Shown one piece after another: positions 61,548-64,000 of a stretch of 64,000 bases of DNA (the first letter of the stretch is position 1; every line of letters begins with the position of its first letter). The notes below the pieces were generated by a model that ran no database searches, had not been told where the DNA came from, and saw nothing but the letters and a program-made list of their open reading frames with translations. The DNA is taken from the NCBI GenBank assembly GCA_907165135.1, contig OU015568.1:8866001-8930000 (forward strand), in the 5' to 3' direction. The position numbers were made by a program, and so were the translations under genes. Source of the stretch: Oikopleura dioica (taxonomy: Eukaryota; Animalia; Chordata).

Positions 61548-64000
61548 ATGGTCGAATTCGAGAATGATCCATGCTGCTTCAGCGACATCACCAAAATTCG
61601 AACGAAATCAATCCATTTCGACTGGACTATCGACTATTCCCTCAAACAGGTCAAAGGGTCAGCGGAATTGACCTGCGATGTCCTCGAAGAAGGCCTCTGT
61701 ACATTCATGTTGGATACCCGAGAACTGGATGTTCAAAAAGTCCTGATCGAGGGAAACGAAATGAAGTTTTCCTTCGGCCAAGCTGGCCAAAATGGCAAAT
61801 CAGAAGCGCTAGGCAAACCGCTTATCATTGTTCTTCCTGATGTTCCACCACCAAAAGGAGAAGATCTCGTCGTAAAGATCTTTTACAACACGACTGAGAA
61901 ATGCTCTGCTCTTCAGGAATGGATACTTATGTTTTTTATCGGGGTATTTAAATTTGCTACTGATTTTTCTGTGTTTTCTTGGAATTCGAAAAAGAAACTT
62001 CATTAGTTTCATAGTCAAATTTTTCGATATCTATTTCAATAAAATCATTGATAAGCAAAGAGTATCCTTGCAAAGTGGCTTACAAAGGAGCAAACCGCCG
62101 GTGGCGAGCACCCTTACATGTTCTCCCAGTGCCAGGCGATTCACGCCCGCTCTCTCTTCCCCTGCCAAGATTCTCCTGGAGTCAAGATCAAGTACACGGC
62201 CAAGGTCTCCGTTGCTGCTCCTCTCGTCGCCCTGATGAGCGCCAATCTCCAACACGATAAGACGGAGAAAACCGATTCTGTCAACACTTTTTACTTCTCC
62301 CAACATGTTCCTATGCCCTCCTATCTGGTCGCGATCGCGTCCGGCGCTTTGGAGAGCCGAGAAATTGGCCCTCGATCGCGAGTCTGGTCGGAGAAAGAGT
62401 TCGTCGACAAGGCTGCTTTTGAATTTTCGCAGACTGAAGACTTCATCAAGGCGGGAGAGTCCCTCCTCGGCCCTTATGTTTGGGGACAGTACGATCTTCT
62501 CGTCCTCCCTCCTTCTTTCCCCTACGGAGGGATGGAAAACCCCTGCCTGACTTTTGTCACTCCGACTCTTCTTGCCGGCGACAAATCTCTCGCAAACGTC
62601 GTTGCTCACGAAATCGCCCACTCCTGGACAGGAAACTTAGTGACTAACGTAAACTGGCAGCATTTCTGGCTCAACGAAGGACATACAGTTTTCGTTGAGC
62701 GAAAGATCGTCGAGAAAATTTACAATAGGCCGACTGCGGAGTTCCAGGCAATTGGTGGCTGGACAGGAAAGGTACACTTTTTTATCCCCTTTGATTCGGG
62801 GTAGTCTTCGTTGATTTCAAGAAAGTTGAGAACCTTGAAAAGGCCTTGTGGAAACTGTAGACACTTTGGGAGCAGAGCATGAGTACACCAAGCTGGTGAT
62901 TAAAAACGATGGCTCTGTTGACCCAGACGATTCTTTCTCCCGGATTCCATACGAAAAAGGCTTCTCGCTTCTTTACCACCTCCAGTCGCTCGTTGGCATT
63001 CCTAAGTTTGAAGGCTTTCTCAAAGGCAACGGTGATAGAAAAAGAGTACCTCAATAAAGATTTAATCGAGGAAGTCGAGCTTTTGGGCGAAACGCATGAA
63101 TTCACCAAATTGGTGATCAAGCAATCCGGGTCAATCGACCCCGACGACGCCTTTTCGAGCATTCCTTATGAAAAAGGTTTCGCGCTGTTGTACCATCTTG
63201 AGACTCTTTTGAGTGTTCCTAAGTTTGAGGCATTCCTCAAAGGTAAAAACTTTTATTGAGCCATTTTTCTATCACTTTTCGAAGCCTACATCGAGGCATT
63301 CTCCTACAAAGCGTTGGATACTCAACAATGGAAGGACCTTCTTTTCAAGCACTTCTCTGGTTCAGAAGAAGATACCGCTATTTTGAATAAGGTCGACTGG
63401 GATGCTTGGTTCAACAACACTGGAATGCCTCCTGTTCCTAAGCCACAGTACGATACAAGCCTACAGGATGTGTGCACCGCTGTAAGTTTCAAAAATCATA
63501 AAATTTTGATGCTTTTTCTTTCCCGGCTCTTGAATTTTTGATCAATATTCTACCCTTGAATTCAAATTCCAGTCGAACCTTTGTTCATGGATCGGCTGAG
63601 CCATTTCACGGGGAGATCATACTTCATAGATTATTTCGCGTTCCTTTTCTCATACTTTTCCGAATTTGGAGAAAAATGAATCGCCGATTTTCTAACAGAT
63701 TCTTCAGCTGGCGAAAAAGTGGCGCGCAGGTGACGGTGCTCCAAGTGCGGATGATATTGCCTCATTCAATTCCGGTCAGCTTCAAGAATTCCTCGACCAG
63801 CTTGTCCTCGATAGTTCCTTCTCACCCGAGCAGGTTCAGCAAATGTCCGATGTTTATAAGGGCATTTCAGAGTCGCACAACTCGGAAGTGCGTTTCCGAT
63901 GGATTCACCTTGGCCTCAAATCACGATTCAAGCCAGCTATTGATAATGCTTTGGCGATGGTCACCGAACAGGTAAATTTGCCCCCGAGTTCGTCTTTGAC
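61548..64000 (+). CDS. LTA4H: Leukotriene A4 hydrolase / M1 aminopeptidase (runs off the window)
   Basis: [41 protein letters not shown] (HEXXH-X18-E), [14 protein letters not shown]. Contains a duplicated exon pair (62843-63025, 63060-63242). Confidence 0.96.

Noticed and set aside
62031-62621. 196-aa minus-strand ORF
   Set aside because: Antisense shadow of the conserved LTA4H exon.

Overview
Compact, intron-rich animal DNA. The ~40-50 nt introns, frequent GA/GG/GC-AG donors, operon-like gene spacing and AG acceptors next to start codons point to the larvacean tunicate Oikopleura (inference, not a database match). The window holds about 19 host genes: UPRT, RTF1, a twin-CX9C protein, an SLC35G/EamA transporter, a secreted His1 (LPMO-like) protein, a ~16 kb giant modular extracellular protein, a PZP chromatin reader, ARV1, SERBP1, POLR3K, PLEKHA8, GNL2, KAT6, a J-domain protein, RINT1 with two candidate nested genes, LTA4H (truncated by the window) and several unknowns. 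Mobile DNA: one intact, very young Ty3/Gypsy LTR retrotransposon (8533-16732, TSD GTACA) and three unrelated MITEs. No RNA genes or CRISPR arrays were found. Best leads: (1) an intronless secreted histidine-brace/LPMO-like protein matching no family I can name, in a presumed cellulose-house-building animal; (2) two 183-nt tandem, probably mutually exclusive exons that swap the catalytic-Tyr/substrate-pocket segment of LTA4H; (3) a 950-bp palindromic hAT MITE inside a coding exon, with a plausible frame-restoring splice (intron birth); (4) two genes nested in RINT1 introns; (5) a retrotransposon integrase ending in SAP-like repeats instead of a chromodomain. All gene models were assembled by eye.
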